Positions 62,726 to 64,000 of a stretch of DNA of 64,000 bases are shown in pieces. This DNA comes from Antedon mediterranea (Eukaryota > Animalia > Echinodermata). Position 1 is the stretch's first letter. The number at the start of each line of letters is the position of its first letter. Made by a program: the position numbers and the translations under genes. The stretch lies in assembly GCF_964355755.1 (NCBI RefSeq), contig NC_092678.1, positions 20,973,365 through 21,037,364 of the forward strand. Direction: 5' to 3'. The notes beneath the pieces were generated by a model. The model saw only the letters and a program-made list of their open reading frames with translations. It did not search any database and was not told the origin of the DNA.

Positions 62726-64000
62726 GTATCGTAAAGCTTTGTCTACACTATCAAACTTTATGTGACAAAAAATGTGGTGTGCTCATATATGGTCATATCA
62801 CTACCGTATTTGGGTATATTACAACCATATTTGGGCACATCAAACTAGTTTTATAGTGTAGACAGAGCTTTAGTCTACATGTGCTTTTTAAACACGTGCC
62901 TACACTGTACTCATTTTCCTTGCACTTTTTACTTTCATTAAAAAATCTAGGCCAGTTCCAAATATCACACAAACGTTTTCGTAGAATTTTAGAGTTCGTA
63001 GAAATTAAGTTTGGAATCTTACAACAATTGAATGTCTTAATAATATTCCGAGCAAAACAGTACGTTACTGTTTAATTAAACAATTACGTGTTCCATATTT
63101 TTATTTCACACAATGTGCTATAAAATTCTAGGCCTATGTGAAATAAATAACATTACAACATCAAAGCTATCTTACGCGAATGGCAATTTCACTTTAGTAA
63201 ATTTATACGTTAAATGTGTTCTTGATCTTATCAATAAATCTGCTGTAATTTTAGTGATATTAAATTTCTTTGCTACAAGAGCCGGTAGTAGGCCAATAAT
63301 TCTCTGCTTTATTCAATGTCTTTTCTCTGACCGACTTTATGTTATAATTTTATGAAGAAAATCCTTTGATTTTTATAGTTTTCTCATTCTCGGTGATATA
63401 ATAATTGTCAACCTGTATCATAAAAATAATATCGTAACTTGTGTTTTATGTATTTTTAATATTAGTTTATATAAAATTCCGGAAAATAGGCTACACCAAT
63501 TTCATTTATAAAGAAAGGTTCAAAGCATGTATGGCCTTGTGGTAATTAATATTAAGTCCGCATGGATATCGTTATTTTATACGTTTCCATTTTTGCAAGT
63601 TTAAAATACAACATCATTTTTTTTTCAATTGATTAATTACAAACATGAGCATATTGTCGATCGTTCGTATACCACTCACGTCAGATGAAAAAATAGCGAG
63701 ATAAAGTCACGTGTGCAGTGTTTCGACCAATCACGATAACGTTTATTCTAACATTTGTTAAACTCTACTGAGCCTTTGGTTCAACTGACTCAGATGCCTG
63801 TAAAGTTTTGACAATTTCTTTTGAATGCTAATCCAGTAAAATAATTCACTATAGCAAATTGATGATACAACTGTGATTATAGCTCTCACGAGTAAATATA
63901 TTAAAATCAATCAAATATTGACAATTTCGTGGACTGTACTTTTCCAAGACATTTGTCATCGTTTAAGAAACACAAAAAGCATTCTAAAACGTCTGTACAA

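Noticed and set aside
55387-64000. Upstream mGluR exons (TM5-TM6, FNEAK..FTMYTTC..WLAF)
   Set aside because: I could not find these motifs on the minus strand by eye. The region is treated as a long intron, though a short exon could have been missed.

Overview
AT-rich, intron-rich animal genomic DNA. It is probably a marine invertebrate; the abundant TAGGCCTA motifs and repeat types suggest an echinoderm-like deuterostome (inference). I assembled four protein-coding loci by hand from GT-AG boundaries with consistent exon phases. (1) 688-14290 (+): a 22-exon, ~1434-aa gene with an unusual architecture: ZAK/MLK-type kinase, degenerate DH-PH, second degenerate DH-PH, SH3, and a tandemly duplicated Tyr-motif tail. 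(2) 18458-42567 (+): FANCI, 32 coding exons, ~1339 aa. (3) 40468-36585 (-): a spliced piggyBac-derived gene nested antisense in a 7-kb FANCI intron; it has lost all three catalytic Asp but keeps its Cys-rich domain. (4) 55386-53973 (-): the last exons of a metabotropic glutamate receptor-like class C GPCR. The non-coding DNA holds a foldback Academ-like transposon whose inverted arms include the transposase 3' end, a Penelope-type insertion with a minimal hammerhead ribozyme inside a FANCI intron, 22-34 bp palindromes with 7-bp TSDs resembling P-superfamily excision footprints, nested MITEs, SINE/LINE fragments and minisatellites. Family assignments rest on motifs recalled from memory, not on database searches.
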